This document shows, piece after piece, positions 40,969-50,531 of a DNA stretch of 64,000 bases. Source of the stretch: Pseudomonadota bacterium. Lineage in GTDB: Bacteria > Bdellovibrionota > Bdellovibrionia > Bdellovibrionales > SG-bin7. The notes under the pieces were generated by a model. That model did not search any database, was not told the origin of the DNA, and was given only the letters and a program-made list of their open reading frames with translations. The DNA lies in the NCBI GenBank assembly GCA_034439715.1, contig JAWXAY010000094.1:47008-111007 (forward strand), in the 5' to 3' direction. Each line of letters starts with the position of its first letter. Within the stretch, counting starts at the first letter, position 1. Both the position numbers and the translations under genes were made by a program.

Positions 40969-41749
40969 CCCCCTCTTTTTGGCCGCCTTAAGTGGATTTA
41001 CCTGTGGCCTCTTGGGACCGTTTTTTGTTTGGCGAAGGCTCAACTTTTTGGGTGATGCCATTGCTCATAGTGCCATGACTCCTCTGAGTCTATCTCTAAT
41101 TTTAGGAGTGCCACCAATAATTTTAATTCTGCCTTTCAATATACTGTTTGGTCTTTTTATAGCATTTCTCTACCTAAAAAAATCGGGACAATTGGATTCT
41201 ACAATTGCCGTCTTTTTTGCGGGCTTCATGGGTTTGGGATTACTAATTTCTCAGGCCTCAGGGGCTGGAAGTGAAGAGGTTCTACACTTTATTTTTGGGG
41301 ATATATCAAGTCCAGACACCCTAGGTAGTCTATTGACAGGTGTTATTTCTGTGGCTGCCGTCGCTCATATTTTGTATTGGCGAAAGGAACTTTTGTTAAT
41401 GGTGCTGCAAAAGGACCTCGCAAAAATTGAGGGCATAAAAGTTAATTGGCACGAGGTCTGGCTATTAGTCATAATGGCTCTTGTGGTCACTGTAACTCTA
41501 AAACTTATGGGAACTATTCTGTTAACGAGCCTTCTAATTACTCCACCTGTAGTATTTAGGCGCTTAAGTGGCAGTTTGATGCATCAACTATTGGGCTCAG
41601 CTCTTTTAGGGATGGTTTTAGCGGTCAGTGGGGTGGGAATCGCGTTAGTTTTTAATGTTCCTGCCAGTGGTAGCGTGGCAGGTTTAAGTTTAATGCTTTT
41701 TCTAACGGCAAGTCTTTTCTTTAAGCCACCGAGTCCCATTACTTCTTAA
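40952..41749 (+). CDS. Metal ABC transporter permease (ZnuB-like)
   Basis: LGPFFVWRRLNFLGDAIAHS, FIFGD, LAKIEG. Confidence 0.88.
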   Translation: MIMLTNPLFLAALSGFTCGLLGPFFVWRRLNFLGDAIAHSAMTPLSLSLILGVPPIILILPFNILFGLFIAFLYLKKSGQLDSTIAVFFAGFMGLGLLISQASGAGSEEVLHFIFGDISSPDTLGSLLTGVISVAAVAHILYWRKELLLMVLQKDLAKIEGIKVNWHEVWLLVIMALVVTVTLKLMGTILLTSLLITPPVVFRRLSGSLMHQLLGSALLGMVLAVSGVGIALVFNVPASGSVAGLSLMLFLTASLFFKPPSPITS

Positions 41750-42716
41750 GTAATTGATGGGCTGGAGTTTTGCTGTGCTCGTCAATGGCAAAATAGCTGA
41801 CGCAATCTCGACCCGCATTTTTCGATTTATAAAGAGCTCTATCTGCAGTGCGAACTAATTCTTTTCCTGAGACTAAAGAGCCAGTTCCATCAAATATTGA
41901 ATAGCCAAGGCTCACGGTTATATTCATTTGGTCCTTACCACTTTTAAAAGTGACGGCGGCAACTCGCTCTCGCAGCCTTTCGCAAAAAAGATGCGCGCCC
42001 ACTTGGTTGGTATCAGTAAGCACAATTAAAAATTCATCGCCACCATAACGAGCGGCAAAGTCTGTTTGACGAATATTATCTTTAATAATCTTACCAAGTT
42101 CACTTAAGACAAAGCTTCCGAACAAATGGTCGTGATTATCGTTAACCAGTTTAAAGAAATCAATATCGAGCATAATGACTCCGATGAGGCGCTTAAACCT
42201 ACGAGCTCTTTCGACTTCAACATCTAACTTGTCATATAGTGTGCGCATATTGAAGAGTCCGGTGATTTCGTCAGTCACCACGAGCTGAGAAAGATGTTTG
42301 TTAACTGTAATCAATTGGTTTTTCATGTCACAATTTCTTAGCTGGGCTTTGACTCGAGCCTGAAGTTCGCTGGGATGAAAGGGCTTAGTGATGTAATCGT
42401 CGGCACCTGCTGAGAGGCCTTTGACGATGTCTTCTATTTTTTTGTTTCCGGATAAAAATATAACTGAAACATACTTCTGTCGCTCGCGAATTTTGGAAAG
42501 TGTTTGAAAGCCGTTTAATCCGGGCATCATAACATCGAGAATCATTAAATGGGGATCAACGGAATTAATTAGGTCGAGAGCCTCTTCACCTGAAGTGGTC
42601 GTAAATACCTTGCACTTTTCCCAATTGAGTACCGATGAAACAAGCTTTAGGTTTACGATATCGTCATCCACAACGATAATTTGTCGCTCTATTATTGGGT
42701 TTGAATCCTCACTCAT
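41739..42716 (-). CDS. REC-GGDEF diguanylate cyclase
   Basis: Receiver domain, RQTD I-site, intact GGDEF. Confidence 0.93.
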   Translation of the reverse strand: MSEDSNPIIERQIIVVDDDIVNLKLVSSVLNWEKCKVFTTTSGEEALDLINSVDPHLMILDVMMPGLNGFQTLSKIRERQKYVSVIFLSGNKKIEDIVKGLSAGADDYITKPFHPSELQARVKAQLRNCDMKNQLITVNKHLSQLVVTDEITGLFNMRTLYDKLDVEVERARRFKRLIGVIMLDIDFFKLVNDNHDHLFGSFVLSELGKIIKDNIRQTDFAARYGGDEFLIVLTDTNQVGAHLFCERLRERVAAVTFKSGKDQMNITVSLGYSIFDGTGSLVSGKELVRTADRALYKSKNAGRDCVSYFAIDEHSKTPAHQLLKK

Positions 42717-42824
42717 TAAATTTTTGTTCCTAACTTACTATTTTAGAAACATAGCCAAGAGATAAGAACTAAAATCTCTTTAAAAACCTAGGCCAAGATA
42801 CTGAAAGATGTTATAAATGGGCCT

Positions 42825-45227
42825 ATGTCTTATTCGCACAAAATTATTGACTCAAAATGGCAAGCCAAATGGGAGTCTCTACAGGCTTTTGCGTCCCAAG
42901 AAAACTCGCCTAAACCAAAGTACTACGCACTAGACATGTTCCCTTACCCTTCAGGATTAGGGCTTCATGTAGGGCATTTAGCATCATACACACCTACAGA
43001 TATTGTTGCTCGCTATAAGCGAGCTCAAGGTTATAATGTTTTGCACCCCATGGGGTGGGACGCTTTTGGTTTGCCAGCAGAGCAATTCGCTATTCAAACT
43101 GGAATTCATCCAGCCAAGACGACTATCGAAGCCATTCAAAACTTTACGCGACAGTTAAAGTCTGTGGGTTACAGCTATGATTGGCAGCGTGAAATTTCCA
43201 CTTGCGAACCCGAGTTTTACAAGTGGACTCAATTTATTTTTTTGAAGCTTTTAGAAAAAGGATTGGCTTACCAAAAAGAAGTTCCGGTTAATTGGTGTCC
43301 TGCCCTAAAAACTGTTTTAGCAAATGAGGAAGTGGTTGACGGCAAAAGCGAGCGAGGGAACCATCCCGTTGTTCGTATGCCCATGAAGCAGTGGATGCTC
43401 AAGATTACCGCCTATGCCGAAAAGCTTCTCGAAGGGCTTGAGCGTGTGGATTGGCCCGAGCGTAGCAAAGAGGGACAGAGAAACTGGATTGGCAAAAGCG
43501 TTGGGGCAGAGATCGATTTTAAGATCGAAGGTCACCGGGAGACTATTAAGGTTTTTACCACTAGGCCAGACACGATTTTTGGTGCGACTTTTATGGTATT
43601 GGCTCCAGAGCACACCTTGGTAAAATCTTTAACTGAAGTTAAGGTAATGTCGCAGGTTGAAAAGTATATCAAAACGTCGGCTGCAAAAAGTGAATTGGAC
43701 CGCAAGGCTAATAAAGATAAAACTGGCGTTGCTATTGGTGCTAATGCGATTAACCCATTTAATGGCGAAAAAATTCCCATTTGGATCGCGGACTATGTAT
43801 TAACAGATTATGGTACGGGTGCCATCATGGCGGTGCCCGGTCACGACGAGCGAGATTTTGAATTTGCCAAAAAATTTAATATTAAAATTACGAGAGTATT
43901 AGAAAGTCCGACCGAATTACCTTTCGAGGGTGATGGGCCCCACTGTAATTCAGATTTTATCAATGGCCTGAGCAAAGATGAAGCTACGGAAAAGGTCGTT
44001 CAAAAATTAGAGCAGCTGGGCATGGGTAAGAGAACTGTAAACTATAAGCTTCGTGATTGGTTATTTAGTCGGCAACGTTATTGGGGTGAGCCTTTTCCGC
44101 TGGTGCATTTCCCCAAAAAAGGATTGCACGCGTTGCCGCTTAATGAGTTGCCAGTTTTATTGCCGCAAGTGGCTGACTACGAGCCATCTGACCAAGGCGA
44201 AGCGCCTTTGGCTAGAAATCCGGAATGGGTTACGTATAAAGATCCTAAAACGGGAGAGGTAGGCAAAAGAGAAACTGACACTATGCCCGGTTCGGCGGGA
44301 AGTTCTTGGTATTTTTTGCGATATGCAGATCCAAAAAATGAAAAGGAACCATTTAGTTTTGAGAATCAAAAGTATTGGATGCCGGTTGATCTTTATGTTG
44401 GCGGCACAGAACACACTGTTGGACATTTACTTTATTCACGATTTTGGCAGAAAGTGCTTTTTGATGCGGGTCTCGTCAGTCACGACGAACCGTTCAAAAA
44501 ATTGGTTCACCAAGGCGTGGTATTGGGTCCTGACGGCGAAAGAATGTCAAAATCTCGCGGTAATGTTATCAATATTACAGATGTTTGGAATCAGTATGGT
44601 GCCGATGCTTGTCGAACTTATGTTTCCTTTATGGGGCCTCTTGAGAAGGACAAACCTTGGTCAGAAACTGGCATCGATGGCGTCCGTCGATTTTTAGAAA
44701 GAATTTGGCGCTTGGTCTTTAATGAACAGGGTATTCTTATCGCCACTGACGAGACAATCCCTGAGGAACTTAATCGTACTCTTCACAAAACTATTCAAAA
44801 GGTCACAAAAGATATCGAGACTCTGAATTTAAATACAGCCGTAAGCAGCATGATGATTTTGGTGAATGAAACCTATAAAGCCAACATTAAATCCAAAAAA
44901 TTGCTTAAAACATTGGCCCAACTTTTGATGCCATTTGGCCCCCATATTGCTGAAGAGATTTGGGCTGGGTGTGGGGGCGAGGGTTTTGTAAGCTTGGCTC
45001 CCTGGCCTAAGTTTGATTCTAATTTGGTTAAAGATGATCTTGTCGAAATGGCGATTCAAATTAATGGCAAAGTCCGTGGCACCATCGAAATTTCTCCAAC
45101 CGCTGATGAAAACACCGCGTTGACAGCGGCTCGCGCGAACAGTAGTGTGGCGCGGCATCTTGACGACAAAACCATAGTAAAAGTAATTTATAAAGCAGGT
45201 AAAATTTTAAACCTTATATTAAAATAG
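42825..45227 (+). CDS. leuS: Leucine--tRNA ligase
   Basis: MFPYPSG.GLHVGH, FTTRPDT, SRQRYWG, RMSKS. Confidence 0.98.
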   Translation: MSYSHKIIDSKWQAKWESLQAFASQENSPKPKYYALDMFPYPSGLGLHVGHLASYTPTDIVARYKRAQGYNVLHPMGWDAFGLPAEQFAIQTGIHPAKTTIEAIQNFTRQLKSVGYSYDWQREISTCEPEFYKWTQFIFLKLLEKGLAYQKEVPVNWCPALKTVLANEEVVDGKSERGNHPVVRMPMKQWMLKITAYAEKLLEGLERVDWPERSKEGQRNWIGKSVGAEIDFKIEGHRETIKVFTTRPDTIFGATFMVLAPEHTLVKSLTEVKVMSQVEKYIKTSAAKSELDRKANKDKTGVAIGANAINPFNGEKIPIWIADYVLTDYGTGAIMAVPGHDERDFEFAKKFNIKITRVLESPTELPFEGDGPHCNSDFINGLSKDEATEKVVQKLEQLGMGKRTVNYKLRDWLFSRQRYWGEPFPLVHFPKKGLHALPLNELPVLLPQVADYEPSDQGEAPLARNPEWVTYKDPKTGEVGKRETDTMPGSAGSSWYFLRYADPKNEKEPFSFENQKYWMPVDLYVGGTEHTVGHLLYSRFWQKVLFDAGLVSHDEPFKKLVHQGVVLGPDGERMSKSRGNVINITDVWNQYGADACRTYVSFMGPLEKDKPWSETGIDGVRRFLERIWRLVFNEQGILIATDETIPEELNRTLHKTIQKVTKDIETLNLNTAVSSMMILVNETYKANIKSKKLLKTLAQLLMPFGPHIAEEIWAGCGGEGFVSLAPWPKFDSNLVKDDLVEMAIQINGKVRGTIEISPTADENTALTAARANSSVARHLDDKTIVKVIYKAGKILNLILK

Positions 45228-45234
45228 GGAGAGC

Positions 45235-47160
45235 TTGATGTCTGAAGAAATAGCAAATGGTTGGTCGACAGAAAGTAGCGCCGAAATCTACGGAATTAAC
45301 TCCTGGGGCGCTGGTTACTACCGCATTAACGATCGCGGCAATGTTGAAGTGACTCCGATGGGACCGACTGGTCCGCGACTTGATCTCAAAGAGTTATTGG
45401 CCGATCTCGTGGAGCGTGGAATTCGCGTGCCAATGCTCATTCGCTTTCCTGATATCATCCGGTCTCGTATTGAACTTCTCAATAAATGTTTTTCAAAGGC
45501 CATTGATAGCTATGGCTATAAAAATAGTTACTGTGGAGTTTACCCGATTAAAGTAAATCAACAGCGGCATGTCGTTGAGGAGTTACTTCGCTGTGGTCAA
45601 TTCAGCCGCTTGGGTCTTGAGTGTGGAAGCAAACCAGAACTTTTGGTAGCATTGGCCCTCGTTGATACCCCCAATGCGTTGATTATTTGCAATGGATTTA
45701 AAGATCAAGAATACATTGAAACAGCAATTTTGTCGCAAAAGTTAGGACGCAATACTCTCATTGTTGTAGATCGATTTTCAGAACTTGACATGATCTTGAG
45801 CGCTGCACAGAAGTACAACGCCCAACCCAGAATTGGATTTCGCGCAAAACTGAATTCTAGAGGAGCAGGTAAATGGGTTGAATCCTCGGGCGCTCGCAGT
45901 AAATTTGGCTTGACCCCGTCAGAGATGGTTGAGGGCATTGAAATTCTTCGTAAAGCCGATAAATTGAATTGTTTGGAGTTATTTCATTTTCATATTGGTT
46001 CACAGATTACTTCCATTCAATCCGTTAAATCTTCTTTAAAAGAGGGTACTAGATTTTTCTCTGAACTTCATAAATTAGGAGCCAGCGTAAAATACTTTGA
46101 TGTCGGCGGGGGCTTGGGCGTTGACTACGATGGTTCTGGCGATAGTGACAGTTCTACAAACTATAGCGAACAAGAATATGCCAATGATGTGGTTTCAATT
46201 ATACAGGATATCTGTGATGAGCAGGGTGTGCCGCACCCACAGATCGTCACCGAATCTGGTCGCGCCATGGTCGCGCATCACTCTCTTTTGGTGTTTAATG
46301 TTTTAGGCGTAAACAGGGTGGAGAGGATTGATGCTCCCGTCGAAGTTAAACCCACCGACCACCATATCTTAAGAACACTCAGTGAGATCTATCGCAATTT
46401 GAATAAAGATAACATCAACGAAAGTTATCATGATTTGGTGGGCATGAAGGGCGACATTCTGCAGCTCTTTAAATACGGCGTTTTATCGCTAGAGCAATTG
46501 GCAAAAGCTGAAAATCTTTATTGGACAACCTCTACCAAGATGGCCAAGATCGCTAAAGACCTCGTGGATGCCGATGATATTCTCAATGAACTAAATCAAA
46601 TCCTATCAGACACTTATTTTTGTAACTTTTCAGTTTTTCAGTCGGTTCCAGACTCGTGGGCCGTGGGTCAAGTTTTTCCGGTCATGCCACTTCATCGATT
46701 GAATGAAGAGCCAACCTGTCGAACAACTTTAGCAGATCTCACTTGTGATTCTGATGGAAAAATTGAAAATTTTATTAACGTGAAGCCGGGACGAGCTAAA
46801 AAATCGACACTTGAGGTTCATCAGCTCAATGGCAGTGAACCCTATTTCTTGGGAATCTTTTTGGTGGGCGCATACCAGGAGATTCTTGGCGATTTTCATA
46901 ATCTCTTTGGAGATACCGATGCGGTTCACATTACATTGACTCCGACCGGTTACTCTGTCGATCACGTGGTTGAGGGTGATTCTGTAAGTGATGTATTAGG
47001 GTATGTTGAGTATCAAAAGTCAGAGCTTCTAGAGAATATACGTCGAGCGTCTGAAGCGGGGATATTGCGCTCAAGCCTCACCAAGCAAGAGGCGCGGGTA
47101 CTTATGAAATATTATGAGGCTGGTTTATCTGGTTACACATACCTAGAAGATCCCGAGTAA
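45235..47160 (+). CDS. speA: Biosynthetic arginine decarboxylase
   Basis: YPIKVNQ, HFHIGSQ, DVGGGLGVDY, TCDSDG, GAYQE. Confidence 0.96.
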   Translation: MMSEEIANGWSTESSAEIYGINSWGAGYYRINDRGNVEVTPMGPTGPRLDLKELLADLVERGIRVPMLIRFPDIIRSRIELLNKCFSKAIDSYGYKNSYCGVYPIKVNQQRHVVEELLRCGQFSRLGLECGSKPELLVALALVDTPNALIICNGFKDQEYIETAILSQKLGRNTLIVVDRFSELDMILSAAQKYNAQPRIGFRAKLNSRGAGKWVESSGARSKFGLTPSEMVEGIEILRKADKLNCLELFHFHIGSQITSIQSVKSSLKEGTRFFSELHKLGASVKYFDVGGGLGVDYDGSGDSDSSTNYSEQEYANDVVSIIQDICDEQGVPHPQIVTESGRAMVAHHSLLVFNVLGVNRVERIDAPVEVKPTDHHILRTLSEIYRNLNKDNINESYHDLVGMKGDILQLFKYGVLSLEQLAKAENLYWTTSTKMAKIAKDLVDADDILNELNQILSDTYFCNFSVFQSVPDSWAVGQVFPVMPLHRLNEEPTCRTTLADLTCDSDGKIENFINVKPGRAKKSTLEVHQLNGSEPYFLGIFLVGAYQEILGDFHNLFGDTDAVHITLTPTGYSVDHVVEGDSVSDVLGYVEYQKSELLENIRRASEAGILRSSLTKQEARVLMKYYEAGLSGYTYLEDPE

Positions 47161-47164
47161 TGAC

Positions 47165-47193
47165 TTGCATAGGTGATGTAAAGGTGGTACACT
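47165..47193 (+). promoter_or_regulatory. Sigma70-type promoter of the TA operon
   Basis: TTGCAT-N17-TACACT with TG extended -10. Confidence 0.6.
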
Positions 47194-47213
47194 CATATCT
47201 GTTGAGGTGAACC

Positions 47214-47435
47214 ATGCCCACTGTAAAGAAAAGAATCAATTTGACTGTTGAGGACGATGTATTCGAGTCTTTGAATAAGATTGCAAAAAAAGAGAAGACT
47301 TCGGTGGCTAGCATCAGCCATCTATTGTTAGAAAAAGCACTTGAGCTCCAGGAAGATTTTTATTTTTCTAGAGTAGGAGAAGATCGCATTTCTAAAAAGT
47401 TTAAAAGGCTATCCCACGGCGATATTTGGGATTAG
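47214..47435 (+). CDS. Type II antitoxin (CopG/RHH-like)
   Basis: KRINLTVEDD ribbon-helix-helix start, LELQED; upstream of a RelE-like toxin. Confidence 0.8.
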   Translation: MPTVKKRINLTVEDDVFESLNKIAKKEKTSVASISHLLLEKALELQEDFYFSRVGEDRISKKFKRLSHGDIWD

Positions 47436-47438
47436 GGA

Positions 47439-47696
47439 ATGTATAAAATAGAGTACGTGGTGGCGACCAAGAAAGATCTTTCGTCAATTTCAAAGTCCAA
47501 TAAAGAACAAATTCGAAAGGCAATTGAAAAAAAACTGGCCACAAATCCTATTGAATTCGGAAAACCTCTCCAATATAGCTTAAGAGGTTTACGCCGCCTT
47601 CGAGTTGGAGATTATCGTATAATCTTTCAGATTGAAGAAAAAAAGAAGGTCGTTTTGGTTGTTAAGATTGGTCATCGAAAAGAAGTTTACGAATAG
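47439..47696 (+). CDS. RelE/ParE family toxin
   Basis: GKPL...RRLRVGDYRIIF...KIGHRKEVY. Confidence 0.92.
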   Translation: MYKIEYVVATKKDLSSISKSNKEQIRKAIEKKLATNPIEFGKPLQYSLRGLRRLRVGDYRIIFQIEEKKKVVLVVKIGHRKEVYE

Positions 47697-47921
47697 TGCC
47701 GTACTATCTTTTAAGATTAAAAAGATCTAGGTTTAAGGCGTAACATTCATCATCTGGGTCTGTGTTCTTAGTCACAATTTCAATCGCAACTTTGAGTTGA
47801 TCAACCAGGTGTTTTCGCACGTCACCCAAAGCTTTTTTGGAAAGTGTGATGGCGGCTGAGTAATGTAAATCCTCGGCAAGGTTGCGATCGAGTGAAGTGA
47901 CGGCTTGGCTCCGCCAATTAG

Positions 47922-48335
47922 AATGATGTTTCGATATATTCGGTTGTTAAGTTTATTCCCAAAAAGCATGCGGAATGTGTCTCTGAACTTGGAATTCCGC
48001 TTTTCAGTCGTGTTTTTGTTGTAGAGGTTAAAGAGGGTTTGAACTTTATATTTGATATTGTAGGAGGAGTGCCCGCTTTGGGATATACTGATCCCAACAC
48101 CTTTCCTGAAGTACTGGGTGTGACTTCTCTAGAAGAGTTTTTTACCACTGACTTGCCCATTACCTCCATGCACCGACAATTTACAGTGGGTGCGTTGGAT
48201 GGACCAATTGATTATCGGCTCAGTGATTATTCTTTTATTTCAAACACCAACGACAAGGGTCAGATGGAACATTATTTGGGATTTAAGGATTCAAGCGATC
48301 TTAAGTTAAAACTAAATTGTACTTTTCGTAAGTAA
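47922..48335 (+). pseudogene. 5'-truncated gene remnant
   Basis: Frame is open from 47922 (after an in-frame TAG) to 48335 with no convincing start or RBS; ends at a terminator. Confidence 0.4.
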
Positions 48336-48347
48336 TTGCAGAATTTG

Positions 48348-48370
48348 AAAGAGGGCGACGGCCCTCTTTT
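48348..48370. terminator. Bidirectional terminator
   Basis: AAAGAGGGC-gacg-GCCCTCTTTT between convergent genes. Confidence 0.75.
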
Positions 48371-48380
48371 AAACCAAAAA

Positions 48381-49748
48381 TTAGAAGATCCCGAGTAAAA
48401 GCTCGCTCGTTTTTACAATTTGTATTTTTAAGCCAAACGAAATGTTACGAGTGAGCAACGGGACCAGCACTTCTTCTTTTGAAAGCCCACCGTGGTTTCC
48501 TTTGGCACTTCTTGTAAATCCATATCCTGCTTTGGCAACGACAATAGCGTCGGGCCTGATGGGCGACTTAAAGTAATTTGCGAGATTTGTGATGAGATAC
48601 GGAAAGGCCGAGCTCTCCGCGCCTTGATCGAAAAAATCAGGACATTGAAACCGTGAAGAGCTTCCCACTTTTATTGAATAAGAATACTTTGAGCAAAGTT
48701 TAGGTCCATATTTAATCTCAAAATTTTGTGAGGGGGATTTAACAACAATAGAATCTTCAAGGCGTTGAGCAATCATATCTACGCCACTAACTGTTGATAT
48801 TGGCTCCAACTTTTTCGTGAGTTCTTCATCTGATAGGCGTGAAGGTTTATGAATTGTCAAAAACCGTTGTTCGTTCAATGTTAAAATATCATGGTCAAGG
48901 CTATTAATAAGATTATCGATATCTACATAGCTATTTGAATCGACGAAACCGTGGTCAGAGGTGAGTATTGTTTCGACTGGATGCCCCAGTCTATCTCCAG
49001 ATTCAAGAATGGAAAAGGCTTTATCAAGGCTTGAATCGAGGCGCGAGAGATACGAAAGAGATTTTTCAGAATTAGGTCCATAGAGATGGGCGTGGCCATC
49101 AAAACCAATTAAATGCACATAAATAAATCTTGGCCACCCTGAAGCAGGGTTTTGCTTTAAAAAACTGACAAGTGAGTCAATGAGCTTTTGATCAAGGTGC
49201 GAATATTCTTTAAATTGATACTCTATTGAATAAGATAGATTGGGAGCTATATGGTCGGTTGCATTTTGCCCAAACAGATAAGAAAAACTAGCTGAGGTTA
49301 GATTTTGGTCTTTGAGTTTCTGAAAAATGGAAAACGGTTCAACGGATTTATTTAGAAGGGCCAAATTCAATGGTAATTGAAAATCAATTTTTCTGTGACC
49401 AATAACAACCTGATTGCCAATGATTGGGTGTCCATCGACTGCACGAGTGGTCAACAGAGAAGTAATGTTGGGATAGGTTAGTGTTGGAAACGTGGCACGC
49501 GCCAATTGAAAACTCTCGTTATCGATATTAAAGTGACGGCGAAAGCCAGACATAGGGTATTGTTTGAGAGCAGCTTTGAGAGAATCCACCCCTAGGCCAT
49601 CAATTAAAAAGACGACAGTGGTTTTGTCAGATTTAGATACCGACCTCTTGGAGAGAGCGGCGCAACCCCAGGTAAAAAAGAGTGTGCATAAGACTGTGAA
49701 TTTAATAAAACAATGCTTCATTGGTGAGCAAATTAGTATACACCCCAA
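48381..49748 (-). CDS. Alkaline phosphatase superfamily (nucleotide pyrophosphatase/phosphodiesterase), probable lipoprotein
   Basis: FLIDG, FPTLTYPN, DGHAH, TSDHG, GNHGG; TWGC lipobox. Confidence 0.88.
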   Translation of the reverse strand: MGCILICSPMKHCFIKFTVLCTLFFTWGCAALSKRSVSKSDKTTVVFLIDGLGVDSLKAALKQYPMSGFRRHFNIDNESFQLARATFPTLTYPNITSLLTTRAVDGHPIIGNQVVIGHRKIDFQLPLNLALLNKSVEPFSIFQKLKDQNLTSASFSYLFGQNATDHIAPNLSYSIEYQFKEYSHLDQKLIDSLVSFLKQNPASGWPRFIYVHLIGFDGHAHLYGPNSEKSLSYLSRLDSSLDKAFSILESGDRLGHPVETILTSDHGFVDSNSYVDIDNLINSLDHDILTLNEQRFLTIHKPSRLSDEELTKKLEPISTVSGVDMIAQRLEDSIVVKSPSQNFEIKYGPKLCSKYSYSIKVGSSSRFQCPDFFDQGAESSAFPYLITNLANYFKSPIRPDAIVVAKAGYGFTRSAKGNHGGLSKEEVLVPLLTRNISFGLKIQIVKTSELLLGIF

Positions 49749-49775
49749 TGCATGATGTCAAGAATTCTGAATTTT

Positions 49776-50528
49776 TTAAACTTTCAAACTATTTTTTGTC
49801 AAAAATTCAGTCACAGCCGGGACATATTCTAGGCGGTGGTTTCTAAGTCCATCTAAGTGGGCTCCTTCGGGTAAGGATAACACTTTAAGATCAATGTTTG
49901 AGTGACCTTCAAAAAAAGCCTCAATTTCCTCAAAAGGAACTAAACTATCTTGCCAACCTCGTATCGACAAAATCGGAAAACCTTTTGGCAAAGATGACAG
50001 GGTTTTAGCGACCTTCGACTTAAAATTTGGTCCAATAAAAATATATCCGAGCGGGAACATCGCTGCTTTAAAGAAAAAATTCTTTAGTTTATATTTTTCG
50101 CCAATTAGGTTCCACCAGCTTCTTATAATGTTAAGAGCTGGGCCACCGTCACAGATACAGCCTTGCACGTCGGTGGCGTGGCGGAGCGCAACAGCAGCTA
50201 TTGCAGAGAACGAGGGGTTTGAAAAAGAGAATATGATTTTGTTGCCAGGAATTAAATTTAGTATCACTTCAATCTGATCACGCCAGGCTGCAAATATTCC
50301 AAAATCCGACTTTGCCGAAAGCGGCAATTTCATTGGAAACTTAAGCTCGTTAAACTCCAATTGAAAACTGACGGCATTAAAACCCAATTCATTTACAAAC
50401 TCGATGTGGCGTCTCAGAGTTTTTGAGGAACCGCCAAAGTGGTGAATAAAAAGAATTGTTTCTGCAAAGCGGGACTGATTTGCCAAATGCCATTGGCCGA
50501 AGTAAGGCAATTTAGAGTTGATACTCAT
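49776..50528 (-). CDS. Alpha/beta hydrolase-fold protein
   Basis: FIHHFGG, DGGP, GWQDSLVP, GAHL. Confidence 0.7.
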   Translation of the reverse strand: MSINSKLPYFGQWHLANQSRFAETILFIHHFGGSSKTLRRHIEFVNELGFNAVSFQLEFNELKFPMKLPLSAKSDFGIFAAWRDQIEVILNLIPGNKIIFSFSNPSFSAIAAVALRHATDVQGCICDGGPALNIIRSWWNLIGEKYKLKNFFFKAAMFPLGYIFIGPNFKSKVAKTLSSLPKGFPILSIRGWQDSLVPFEEIEAFFEGHSNIDLKVLSLPEGAHLDGLRNHRLEYVPAVTEFLTKNSLKV

Positions 50529-50531
50529 CTC

